NCBI GenBank assembly: GCA_046539225.1
Contig: JBKHHG010000002.1
Span: forward strand, 1-40,940
Direction: 5' to 3'
Source: Candidatus Nanohaloarchaea archaeon
GTDB taxonomy: Archaea; Nanohalarchaeota; Nanosalinia; Nanosalinales; Nanosalinaceae
DNA: 40,940 nucleotides
Of the stretch, positions 16,936-25,875 are shown one piece after another (within the stretch, counting starts at the first letter, position 1; every line of letters begins with the position of its first letter). A model generated the notes under the pieces. That model was not told the DNA's origin, made no database searches, and saw nothing but the letters and a program-made list of their open reading frames with translations. Made by a program: the position numbers and the translations under genes.

Positions 16936-18681
16936 ATGCCTCGCCAGCCTATACTTTCAGTCCTGGGCCATGTAGACTCGGGAAAGACAACTTTACTTGA
17001 CAATATTAGAGAGTCAAAGATTGTTGAGGGCGAGGCAGGCGGTATCACGCAGATGATAGGTGCCACAGAGATTCCTCTCGGCACTGTTGAAGATGTATGC
17101 GGCGACCTCTTGACACAGCTCGACACCGATCTTACAATTCCAGGCCTGCTGTTTATCGATACACCTGGCCACGCAGCCTTCTCCTCGCTGAGGAAGAGGG
17201 GCGGAAGTATCTCGGACATCGCAATTCTTGTAATAGACGTAGAGGAAGGGGTCCAGCCGCAGACAGAGGAAGCCATCAAGATACTGAAAGAGAGCCAGAC
17301 ACCTTTCATAATAGCTCTCAACAAGATAGATCTTATACCTGGATGGAAAACCCAGGAAGAATGCTTCTCCCAGAACCTTGGAAACCAGGGAGAGAGACAG
17401 AGAAAAAAACTGGATGAAGAGATCTACGAGCTGATGGCGCATCTCAACGAGCACGGTTTTGTGGTCGAAAGGTATGACAAAGTCGACGACTTTACAGAGA
17501 AGATCGGGGTCGTGCCAATATCCGCGGAGACAGGGGAAGGCCTGCCAGAGCTTTTAATGGTTGTATCAGGCCTTGCACAGAACTTTCTCTCGGACCAGCT
17601 TGAAGTAGAGGAGGGCGATGGAAAAGCCACAGTCCTTGAAGTCAGCGAACAGAAAGGATTCGGGAAGACAATCGACGTCATCCATTACGACGGTATAATC
17701 AACAGCGACGACAAACTGGTTTACGGAACATCTAAAGGAGCAAAAGCCACAGAGATAAGATCGCTGCTGAAGCCCAGGCCTCTGAAGGAGATCCGTCTCG
17801 ACAGGCAGTACGACGAGATAGAGAGAGTTGAACCCGCCTCAGGCATAAAGATAGCGGGGAAAGACATGGAAGGCGTGGTCTCGGGATCGCCTGTCAGGAC
17901 CGGAAAAAACGTCGAAAAACTCAAGCAGGAGGTAGAAAAAGAGCTTGAAACCTCGGGTTACGAAACCCACAGCTCGGGTGTAATCGCCAAGGCAGACTCA
18001 CTCGGATCGCTCGAGGCCTTGATGCGTGAAGTAGAAGAATCAGACATCAAAGTAAAAAAAGTAGAGGTCGGAAAAGTCAAGAAAAGCGATGTAATAGAAG
18101 TAGACGAGGAAGAACCCGAAAACAGGGCAGTACTCTGCTTTAACTCCGCAACAACGCAGAAGGCGGACGAACTCGCCGAATCCAAAGGTGTTAAGATCTT
18201 TCAGAGCAACGTGATCTACGAAATACTTGAAGACTACAGCCGGTGGAGCCAGAACCTTCAGGAAGAGAAGAGAGCAGAATCACTTTCAAAAGTTGCAAGG
18301 CCTGCGGAGATCCGAACTTTACAGGACCACGTCTTCAGATCCTCAAATCCGGTTGTAGTCGGGGTAAAAGTCGTGAAAGGAGTGATCAACCAGGGCGCAG
18401 TGATGACAGAGGAGGGGCAAAAAGTAGGAAGGATAAAAAGCATACAGGAAGACGGAGAACCTGTTGAAAAGGCTGAGAAAGGGGACAGCGTGGCCCTGTC
18501 TATTTCAAACGCTACACTGGGACGCGACTTTGAGGCCGGAGACCATCTATACGTCGATGTCTCGGGCAACGACTACAGAAAGCTTCAGGAGCTCGACGAT
18601 CTTTTAAGCGAAGGCGAGAAACAGGCATTGAACCGTATAGTCGAGATCAAAGACGGTCAGGACCCGCACTGGAAGCTTTAA
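16936..18681 (+). CDS. infB: Translation initiation factor aIF5B (IF-2)
   Basis: RQPI..VLGHVDSGKT, EAGGITQ, DTPGH, NKID, KADSLGSLEAL. Confidence 0.97.
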   Translation: MPRQPILSVLGHVDSGKTTLLDNIRESKIVEGEAGGITQMIGATEIPLGTVEDVCGDLLTQLDTDLTIPGLLFIDTPGHAAFSSLRKRGGSISDIAILVIDVEEGVQPQTEEAIKILKESQTPFIIALNKIDLIPGWKTQEECFSQNLGNQGERQRKKLDEEIYELMAHLNEHGFVVERYDKVDDFTEKIGVVPISAETGEGLPELLMVVSGLAQNFLSDQLEVEEGDGKATVLEVSEQKGFGKTIDVIHYDGIINSDDKLVYGTSKGAKATEIRSLLKPRPLKEIRLDRQYDEIERVEPASGIKIAGKDMEGVVSGSPVRTGKNVEKLKQEVEKELETSGYETHSSGVIAKADSLGSLEALMREVEESDIKVKKVEVGKVKKSDVIEVDEEEPENRAVLCFNSATTQKADELAESKGVKIFQSNVIYEILEDYSRWSQNLQEEKRAESLSKVARPAEIRTLQDHVFRSSNPVVVGVKVVKGVINQGAVMTEEGQKVGRIKSIQEDGEPVEKAEKGDSVALSISNATLGRDFEAGDHLYVDVSGNDYRKLQELDDLLSEGEKQALNRIVEIKDGQDPHWKL

Positions 18682-19136
18682 ACTTCTGAACTGTTTTCAA
18701 GGCAGATCGGTTCTCCGTAAGCCGAGGCAAGGCCTTTATCTATATATGCAGGGACACTGGCTTTTGACGCGATCATTAAAGCGGTTGTAGGCCTTAACTC
18801 GATTCTACTGTTTTCTGTGACTGCTTCAGCCCTGTAAAGGCCTGAACGTTCATCTTTTATCTCTACTCTCTGCACATTGTTTTCCTGGACGAATATCTCG
18901 AGTTCTGCAGGTAAGACACGGTGATTGACAGCGTTTTGAAGGTCTGAAATCTGTTGCTCGGTGGTTTTCATGTCAAGCCTGAAGCAGTCGGTGAAGACTC
19001 TTACTTCTTGATCTTCGAGGCCTATGTCGTTGACCCTGTAGTGGCCCGACATATCGGCTGGAAGGCTGAAAAGGCCGTATCCTGCCAGTATCGAGGCCAT
19101 TAGCACTGTCAGTGTGAAATGGTTTCTTGGATGCAT
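18678..19136 (-). CDS. Membrane-anchored protein with a degenerate DUF151/bifunctional-nuclease-like domain
   Basis: N-terminal hydrophobic helix; GLYRA...IELRPTTALMIA...PAYI resembles the DUF151 pattern G.FYA...IDARPSDAIALA...PIYV. Confidence 0.6.
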   Translation of the reverse strand: MHPRNHFTLTVLMASILAGYGLFSLPADMSGHYRVNDIGLEDQEVRVFTDCFRLDMKTTEQQISDLQNAVNHRVLPAELEIFVQENNVQRVEIKDERSGLYRAEAVTENSRIELRPTTALMIASKASVPAYIDKGLASAYGEPICLENSSEV

Positions 19137-19173
19137 CGGGTAAAAGATAAAGATTAAACCGGGAATAAAAAGT

Positions 19174-20322
19174 ATGGGCTACGAAAAGCTGGCGAAAGGT
19201 ATGACCGCCAAAGAGGCGAGATCAAAGATCCAGGAGGTTATGCCCGCCAGGATCGATAAAAAACAGTTCCAGGCCTATACCGAAAGCGTCTTTATCGGAA
19301 GCCACAACTATCCAGAGATCAGTTCAGGAGTTCTATCGCCTTCTCATCCCGGCGACCCGACAATGCTTGACAACCCCGGGAAATGGTACGATCAAGGCCT
19401 CGATATTCAGAAGATTGCTTCTCTCCGGACCTCTCTCATCAATTCGCGTTCTCGAGAAGACTCAATGGAGAAGAAGGAGATCGCGATGGCCCGGAAACCC
19501 GTGAATGTCGAGATAGAGCTGGACAGGAAACCCTCTAACCAGGGTGTCGCGGGAAGAGTCAAACCGGTCTCAAGCTCAGCCGACATGAAGCAGATGGTAC
19601 TCGGGGAAAACCCTTCAGTCAACAGAAAGATAGAGAAGGCCTTCTACGACCAAGATTTGAAGGCAGAGACCGCGTTAAAGGAACTGGAAAACGATGTAGG
19701 AGTCTACAAACTTCAGGACTCCTTCTCGGCAGGCCTGTTAGGCAGAGAAGAGGAACGAGAAATAGTTCCTACCAGATGGAGCATCACCGCTGTAGACGAC
19801 CAGTTATCGAAGAACAAACTGGAAAAAGTAAAACAGCGCCAGGAACTCGGCGAAACCCGGTACTTCAGGAACTCCTACCTCGGAAACGACTTCCACATCT
19901 TCCTGATGCCTGGCAGATGGGAATACGAACTCCTCGAGCTGAAAAGGCCTAACTCCACGTGGAACGCCTCCAAAAGAACGTTTATAGCCGAGAACTACGA
20001 GCCTTTCACAGGCAGAACCAGCTACGCCGACGAATGCGCCGGAGCCTACTATGCAGCAAGGCTGGGAGCACTTGAATACCTTGAAAAGGTTCAGCGCCAG
20101 GCCAAAGTCCTGATTGTAAGGGATGTAACGCCTGAGTACTGGGCGCCGCTCGGAGTCTGGATCATAAGAGAGACGGTAAGGAACGCCTTCAACGAGTACA
20201 GGGTTTTAGAGGAAAAAAGTGTTAAAGAGTTTTTAGGCGAGGAGTTCAGGCTTCATTACTCCAGCATCCTCCAGAACAGCAGGATGCTGTCAGGGAAACA
20301 GAAAAGCCTTTCAGACTACTGA
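19174..20322 (+). CDS. nreA: Nre-family DNA repair protein with C-terminal PIP box
   Basis: SVFIGSHNYP, VPTRWSITAVD, AGAYYAARL, YWAPLGVW, terminal QKSLSDY. Confidence 0.92.
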   Translation: MGYEKLAKGMTAKEARSKIQEVMPARIDKKQFQAYTESVFIGSHNYPEISSGVLSPSHPGDPTMLDNPGKWYDQGLDIQKIASLRTSLINSRSREDSMEKKEIAMARKPVNVEIELDRKPSNQGVAGRVKPVSSSADMKQMVLGENPSVNRKIEKAFYDQDLKAETALKELENDVGVYKLQDSFSAGLLGREEEREIVPTRWSITAVDDQLSKNKLEKVKQRQELGETRYFRNSYLGNDFHIFLMPGRWEYELLELKRPNSTWNASKRTFIAENYEPFTGRTSYADECAGAYYAARLGALEYLEKVQRQAKVLIVRDVTPEYWAPLGVWIIRETVRNAFNEYRVLEEKSVKEFLGEEFRLHYSSILQNSRMLSGKQKSLSDY

Positions 20323-21248
20323 ACTATATCCCTGTAATTTTCTATAATATAGTTGTAAAGGTAGACCTGGACAGGAACCGCCACAGCAAGTGCAACCACC
20401 AGCGCACTCACAAGATAGATTAAAACTACCGGAACCAGAAGCAGCGGACTCACAAAAGCCATTAAAATCCCGATAAAGACGAAAGGGATAAGCAACATCA
20501 TAAGAGCCGAGAACAGCACAGTCATCGCGGCAATTCCAAGGCCTAAGGCGATCAAGGCCTTCATAAACCAGAATAACGCCACCTGGGCAAAGTCCTCTTT
20601 CAGTGCTTCGGTAGAGGCCTTCAGAGCCTTCAAAAGGCCTCTGTCTTTTTCCACCATGTCCGGTAGCGAAAGATTGAATACGACCCATCTAAGCCCTGCA
20701 ATTACTACAACTCCGGTAAGCGCCAGCAAGGCCAGAGCTATACCTGTTAAAACTCCTGTAACGTTAAATGAAAGGTTTAATGTTAGGCCTGTCCATACGG
20801 CCCCGCTTAAAATTATTAGAGCTGCGAAGAGTGTAGCCCATCGAAACACGAAGTACTGCAGGCCTTTATACAGGTATTCTGTGGCGTAGCCTATCTTCAC
20901 GTTTTTCTTAATCAACGATCTGTACATTACAAACCTGAAGACCGATGTTACATAGGTTAAAACCGTTATTAAAGTTAGAAGCGAAGCGGCTCCAAGCAGT
21001 ATAAATGCGTTTGAAACATCAAATGATTCGAGGCCTGGAGATGCCGAGAAGTCGCCTGTCATCTGGTTTCCGGAGTCTATGCTTCCTGAACCTGTGGGAA
21101 AGTTGAAGTATGAGGGGCCGCCGGCGACATAGCCTGTTAAAAGTATGATTAATGCAAGCTTTGCCCATTGCTTTGCGTTTAAAGGCAGAAGCAGGTCTCT
21201 TGTCCGCTGAAGTGCTTCCTCAATGTTTTCAAGGGCGTACCAACTCAT
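20316..21248 (-). CDS. Multi-pass membrane protein of a conserved haloarchaeal-like family
   Basis: About 6 hydrophobic segments; MSWYALENIEEA...W.KLAL N-terminus. Confidence 0.8.
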   Translation of the reverse strand: MSWYALENIEEALQRTRDLLLPLNAKQWAKLALIILLTGYVAGGPSYFNFPTGSGSIDSGNQMTGDFSASPGLESFDVSNAFILLGAASLLTLITVLTYVTSVFRFVMYRSLIKKNVKIGYATEYLYKGLQYFVFRWATLFAALIILSGAVWTGLTLNLSFNVTGVLTGIALALLALTGVVVIAGLRWVVFNLSLPDMVEKDRGLLKALKASTEALKEDFAQVALFWFMKALIALGLGIAAMTVLFSALMMLLIPFVFIGILMAFVSPLLLVPVVLIYLVSALVVALAVAVPVQVYLYNYIIENYRDIVQ

Positions 21249-21336
21249 AATTTTTTGTTGAGGCCTTATCTTTAAGATGTTTTCTCCAGCTTTTTCAGGT
21301 TTAAAAGTCTGCGTTCAACCTTGAATCTACATAGAA

Positions 21337-23148
21337 ATGGATATTTTTCCGTTCGAGGATAAGAGGCCTAAACAGGATGAACTGATTGAAGAGGTCGAGG
21401 CGGCGATCGATGAAGAGGCCTCGCTTGTGGCTCATGCGCCGACAGGCCTTGGCAAGACTGCCGCGACCGTGACTCCAGGCCTTGAACAGACTCTGGAAGA
21501 GGAAGGCAAGGTTTTCTTTCTGACGCCGCGCCACTCTCAGCATGAGATCGCCCTGGAGACTGTTAAGAAGATTAACGAGAGACATAATGAGAACGTTGTG
21601 TCCGTTGACTTGATCGGCAAGTCTCATCTCTGCGAGGCGGATTCGGTTACGAGAGAGGGTTCACGTTGTCCTAGGCATGACGAGACCTTCAACGAGAACG
21701 GGGAGCTTTCGAAGAAGGCCTGGAGGAAGATCAAGTCGTTGAAGAACCAGAATCTCCGGGCCGAGGAGCTGAAGCAGAGATGCAGCGATGTTTGCGCCTA
21801 CACGGTATCGCTCTACATGTGTCAGGAAGCGGATATTATCATTGGAGACTACTTCCACATCTTCCACCCTGGTATCAGAGATGTGATACTTGAAACGTCC
21901 CAGACCTCTCTCAATGACTCAATACTGATAGTTGATGAGGCCCATAACCTTCCTTCAAGGACGCGCAGCCTTTTCTCCCACACGGTTTCGCGTTCGCTGG
22001 TCCAGAACTGTATCACCGAGACCGAGAAGTTTGGTTTTTACAGAGAGGAGGAGCATCTGGAACAGCTGCAGAAAGAGATTGAGAGGCTGGCTCGTGACAG
22101 GCTCTCCCAGAAGAAGCATGAGGCCGAGGTAGAGAAATCGGACCTTGTGGAGCCTGTTGACAGCTTCCACAGCTATGAGGAGATGATCATAGATCTCGAG
22201 GCTGTCGCGGACGAGGTCACGAAAGAAGAGGAGAGAAGCTACTGCGGCAAACTTGCTGAATCACTGGAGGGCTGGAAAGGAGAAGACAGAGGCTTCTTCA
22301 GAAATATTGAGCGAAACCGTCAGGGATCTAACAGGCAGATAAGACTGAAGTACACCTGCCTTGATCCAAGCATTTCCACTTCAACGCCTTTAAACAACGC
22401 CAAGGCCTCAGTGCTGATGTCAGGTACGTTGAAGCCCCAGGAAATGTATGAGGATCTTTTAGGCCTTGAAAAAGCGGTGAAAGCAGGGTTTTCATCGCCT
22501 TTCCCCGAGGAGAACAAGCTGGAGCTGATAGTCAACACTGTTACAACCCGTTACAATGAGAGAGATGACTCAATGCTTCAGAAATACGCCTGGTACCTTC
22601 AGAAATCACTGGAGCAGCTTGAAGGCAGTGCAGGAGTATTCTTTCCATCTTACCAGCTGCTTAACCAGATAGGAGAACCTTTGAACGAAAGAACGGAACG
22701 CGAAGTCTTCATGGAGCGGCGGACAAACTCTAAAGACGAGAACCAGAGACTTCTCGAAAAGTTTAAAGACGGCGAAGACAGTGTTTTACTCGGAGTAGCG
22801 TCCGGAAGCTTTGGTGAAGGCGTGGACTATCCTGGAGAAGATATGAAAGCGGTTTTCATAGTTGGGCTGCCGCTGAAAAGGCCTGATCTCAAGACTGAAG
22901 CCTTGATAGACTATCTCGACGAAAAGTACGGTAAAGGCTGGCAGTACGGCTACACTTATCCGGGTGTGAACACTGCGGTCCAGGCAGCGGGAAGATGCAT
23001 TCGTTCAGACACGGATACAGGCGTTATCTGCTTTATGGATAAGAGATACGGCTGGAACAAGTACTCAAAGCTTCTGGATTCAAGGCCTGAAGAGACGCGG
23101 GCGCCATGGCAGGAGATAGAGGAGTTTCAGAAGGTGCATGACTTATGA
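21337..23148 (+). CDS. xpd: XPD/Rad3/DinG-family Fe-S helicase
   Basis: APTGLGKT, four Cys after motif Ia, DEAHN, MSGTL, EGVDY, QAAGRCIR. Confidence 0.93.
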   Translation: MDIFPFEDKRPKQDELIEEVEAAIDEEASLVAHAPTGLGKTAATVTPGLEQTLEEEGKVFFLTPRHSQHEIALETVKKINERHNENVVSVDLIGKSHLCEADSVTREGSRCPRHDETFNENGELSKKAWRKIKSLKNQNLRAEELKQRCSDVCAYTVSLYMCQEADIIIGDYFHIFHPGIRDVILETSQTSLNDSILIVDEAHNLPSRTRSLFSHTVSRSLVQNCITETEKFGFYREEEHLEQLQKEIERLARDRLSQKKHEAEVEKSDLVEPVDSFHSYEEMIIDLEAVADEVTKEEERSYCGKLAESLEGWKGEDRGFFRNIERNRQGSNRQIRLKYTCLDPSISTSTPLNNAKASVLMSGTLKPQEMYEDLLGLEKAVKAGFSSPFPEENKLELIVNTVTTRYNERDDSMLQKYAWYLQKSLEQLEGSAGVFFPSYQLLNQIGEPLNERTEREVFMERRTNSKDENQRLLEKFKDGEDSVLLGVASGSFGEGVDYPGEDMKAVFIVGLPLKRPDLKTEALIDYLDEKYGKGWQYGYTYPGVNTAVQAAGRCIRSDTDTGVICFMDKRYGWNKYSKLLDSRPEETRAPWQEIEEFQKVHDL

Positions 23149-23540
23149 AAACTGTTCTGGCGCAGGGAGTGTTCGATCTCCTGCATCCCGGACATCTACA
23201 CTACTTCAGAGAGTCGAAGAAAAAAGGCGGTGAGCTTGTTGTGGTGATCGCCCGTGACTCAAGGATCGAGAAAGATCTGCATTTTTCAGAGGATGAAAGG
23301 CTGGAGATGGTGGAGGCGCTTGAAGTCGTGGATAAGGCCTTGCTCGGTTCTGAGGGGTCGATCTACGACACAGTGGAGAAGATTGATCCTGACGTGATAA
23401 CCCTGGGTTACGATCAGCCGTTCGAAGAGGAAAAAGTTGAGGAAATGGCTGAGAACGCTACGGGAAGCAAAGTAGATGTGGTGAGGATTGGCGAGAGGCC
23501 TGACTACTCCTCCACGGATATACGGGAGAACACCGGTTAA
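23145..23540 (+). CDS. ribL: FAD synthase (cytidylyltransferase-like)
   Basis: QGVFDLLHPGH, VVIARD, PDVITLGYDQ, SSTDI. Confidence 0.88.
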   Translation: MKTVLAQGVFDLLHPGHLHYFRESKKKGGELVVVIARDSRIEKDLHFSEDERLEMVEALEVVDKALLGSEGSIYDTVEKIDPDVITLGYDQPFEEEKVEEMAENATGSKVDVVRIGERPDYSSTDIRENTG

Positions 23541-23546
23541 AACCTG

Positions 23547-24203
23547 TCACCTCTCAACCTTTAACACGAGGTGATCCTCCTCGTACGGCTCAAGCCGGGT
23601 CTCATCGACTATACTGTAACTTTCAGAGACCTTATCCTTCACATCCCCGAATATTTCTTCCTCAGGCCTTGAATCCGAGATCGAACGCGCCTTCACGCTT
23701 AAAAGGCCTGTTCCGCCGTTTTTCAGGTAGAAGTCGCAGTTTTTAAGGAATATAGAGGCCTGATCCTTCTGCGAGATATCCTGAAAGACGTAGTCGTACT
23801 TTTCAAGATAACTGGAGTATTCTCCGGGGTTGCGTGCGTTTCCAAGCACCGGTGCAATGTTTTTACGCCTCTCCGCCAGTTTTACAAGGTTTTTAATGAC
23901 TGTATCCGAGTATTCGACTCCTACAATTATTCCAGAGGTCAGAATATCCGAGAAATGTGAGACAGTTGTGCCTGAAGCGGCTCCAAGGTAGAGAACATTC
24001 ATATCCGGTTCAAGGCCTGTCTCCATGCCTTTCTGGATAGCGGCCCCGACTTTGCTACGTTTACCGATCCAGCGGCGGTACTCCACGCCTTCGAATTCTA
24101 CAAGGTTCTCTCCATAGACCGAGCGCCCGGGGTCAGCGTTCCTGGTGTAAATCAGGCCTTCCCGGGAGAAAACACCGGGCTGGATCTCCTCCATTTCACT
24201 CAC
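23547..24203 (-). CDS. flpA: Fibrillarin 2'-O-methyltransferase
   Basis: VYGE, RSK.GAAI, VLYLGAASGTTVSH, LEPYEEDH. Confidence 0.96.
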   Translation of the reverse strand: MSEMEEIQPGVFSREGLIYTRNADPGRSVYGENLVEFEGVEYRRWIGKRSKVGAAIQKGMETGLEPDMNVLYLGAASGTTVSHFSDILTSGIIVGVEYSDTVIKNLVKLAERRKNIAPVLGNARNPGEYSSYLEKYDYVFQDISQKDQASIFLKNCDFYLKNGGTGLLSVKARSISDSRPEEEIFGDVKDKVSESYSIVDETRLEPYEEDHLVLKVER

Positions 24204-24939
24204 CTTTGAGTTCCTCGAACTTTTTCCGGGCTTCTTCCCTCAGTCTTTCTCCTTCATCTTTCCCGCTGTAGTTGTCGAGTCTTGCAGCCATAACAGCTTT
24301 GTTCGCCATGAAACGCGCCATCTTACCCCTGTTGTCAGCGAGAGGCCTTACAAACTCGTGTTCAAACAGTATACCATGTTTTGGCGGAGTGCCCTCGCCT
24401 CTCAAATACCTGAACAAGGCCTTTTCAGCTCCCAGCATCTGGACCGTTGAGGCCGGCTTCTTCGCCATCTCCTCGAGGCCTCCGCTGAGCGCAATCATTT
24501 TGGCCGCAAGAAAAGTACCGAGAAGCTTCGAAAGGCTCGGCATCTCCTGTTTCGCCAACTCCGCTATATAATCATCGAGTCTCTTCCTCAGTTCAAGATC
24601 AGATCCAAGGTTTTCCACAACCGATTTTAGGATCTCTGCCTCTTCGTCCGCAAGTTCCGAGCCTGTCGAGCCTGAAGCCAGTTGTTCAAAAGAGTCGATG
24701 GAAGATCTCTCCACCTCCGAGTCCAGAATCTTCACCAGATCCTCTATACCATCTATTTCTTCAACCAGCTCGGGAAAGTGAAGCGAGTACCAGTCCCTGA
24801 ACCTTTCCTCCTTCTCATCGACAGAGGCCTCAACCTTTTCACGCATCTTCACAGCCTTTATCAGGTGCTTCTCCCTGTCAACTTCCTGAAGCTCTTCCCG
24901 TGTGGCCTCCAGGGCCTCTTCAACCACATCCTCTGTCAT
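24196..24939 (-). CDS. nop5: Nop5 (Nop56/58) C/D RNP protein, short N-terminus
   Basis: DWYSLHFPEL, PASTVQMLGAEKALF, PKHGILF, GKMAR. Confidence 0.95.
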   Translation of the reverse strand: MTEDVVEEALEATREELQEVDREKHLIKAVKMREKVEASVDEKEERFRDWYSLHFPELVEEIDGIEDLVKILDSEVERSSIDSFEQLASGSTGSELADEEAEILKSVVENLGSDLELRKRLDDYIAELAKQEMPSLSKLLGTFLAAKMIALSGGLEEMAKKPASTVQMLGAEKALFRYLRGEGTPPKHGILFEHEFVRPLADNRGKMARFMANKAVMAARLDNYSGKDEGERLREEARKKFEELKGE

Positions 24940-25310
24940 ACCTCAAGCCCCATCATCTTGATCTTCTTCCGGACTTTTTCCACGTCCCGGTCAAGGCCTT
25001 CAGCAATTTTCTCCGTGGAAGTAGTACCGTAGCTCTCAATTATGTAACGCTCCTCAGTCCTGGAGAACGGCACCCATTCCTCCTGCTGGAACTCTTTCTC
25101 GCCTTTCATAAACGCCTCCAGCTCCTCGTTGCTCATACTGTTCCTGTTGTTCTTCAGGTACTCGATCTCCTCACGGCTCCACTCGCCTTCAGACCTTTCA
25201 TCAGGCGACTCCATTGAGGCCTTCTCCATCCTCTCACGGTGAGTCAACTCATCATTCACAACCCTCTTGGCCTCTTCAACCAGTTCATCCTTCACATCCT
25301 CAGAATCCAT
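24936..25310 (-). CDS. Hypothetical protein with two SANT/Myb-like HTH repeats
   Basis: WSREEIEYLKNN..MSNEEL and FSRTEERYIIESY..TEKIAEGLDR; stop overlaps the nop5 start. Confidence 0.7.
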   Translation of the reverse strand: MDSEDVKDELVEEAKRVVNDELTHRERMEKASMESPDERSEGEWSREEIEYLKNNRNSMSNEELEAFMKGEKEFQQEEWVPFSRTEERYIIESYGTTSTEKIAEGLDRDVEKVRKKIKMMGLEV

Positions 25311-25401
25311 ACACAAAGATAGGCCTTGAAACTTCAAAAACCTCCCGGAAAAAATGCATTTAAGAAACTAACCAGACAACCACAAAACAGAGAGACATCG
25401 C

Positions 25402-25451
25402 GTATTTGCGGCGATTGAAAACTCTACGAGTTTTCAGCTTCGAGCAAATAC
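25402..25451 (+). repeat. Copy of the tRNA-Gly 5' leader/end plus hairpin
   Basis: GTATTTGCGGCGAT at 25402-25415 equals 25455-25468; TGAAAACTC/GAGTTTTCA hairpin; GCAAATAC complements GTATTTGC. Confidence 0.85.
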
Positions 25452-25460
25452 CGTGTATTT

Positions 25461-25532
25461 GCGGCGATGGTCCAGCGGCTAAGACTCTGGCCTTCCAAGC
25501 CAGCAACCCGGGTTCAAATCCCGGTCGCCGCA
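25461..25532 (+). tRNA. tRNA-Gly(TCC), intronless, CCA not encoded
   Basis: GCGGCGA/TCGCCGC acceptor, CTGGC-CT-TCC-AA-GCCAG, CCGGG-TTCAAAT-CCCGG. Confidence 0.97.
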
Positions 25533-25606
25533 AACAAGTTTTGCTCGGTTCCAGGGAGTTGAATCAGCAGAAAACTTGTTTTCAAGTTCAAATCCTGATA
25601 GCCGCA
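25532..25606 (+). repeat. Hairpin plus degenerate copy of the tRNA-Gly 3' end
   Basis: AAACAAGTTTT/AAAACTTGTTT inverted repeat (25532-25542/25571-25581), then GTTCAAATCCTGATAGCCGCA versus tRNA GTTCAAATCCCGGTCGCCGCA. Confidence 0.8.
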
Positions 25607-25664
25607 AAACTTCTGAAAGTTTTACCAGGATAATGTTTCCGGACAACAAGTAAACCCCATTGAA

Positions 25665-25678
25665 CCGAAGATTTAAAA
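25665..25678 (+). promoter_or_regulatory. BRE-TATA promoter (CCGAAG-A-TTTAAAA)
   Basis: Matches archaeal BRE/TATA consensus; predicted start near 25702. Confidence 0.65.
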
Positions 25679-25701
25679 AGGCCTGTGAACAATGTAGAGA
25701 T

Positions 25702-25875
25702 ATGACTCACGCAGCTCAGGCCTCGATCACAGCATCAGGGCACTCAGATAGAGCCAGCGTGAGGAATTTCTACAAGTATATATCCAATCTGTTTATCCTG
25801 TATAACTGATACAGGATAAGTAGGTTGGGACATCCTGGCCTGTTCCTCAACTCAGGGGAACCCGGGCAAGAGGGC
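25702..25875 (+). ncRNA. Candidate structured ncRNA with three hairpins (overlaps a 35-aa micro-ORF 25702-25809)
   Basis: CTCACGC/GCGTGAG stem; 21-bp stem 25783-25803/25809-25829 with four G-U pairs that form only on the + strand; third stem ~25833-25874. Confidence 0.5.

Noticed and set aside
25765..25783. AATTTCTACAAGTATATAT resembles the Cas12a direct-repeat handle
   Set aside because: Single copy, the TCTAC/GTAGA stem is not formed, no spacers and no cas gene in the window
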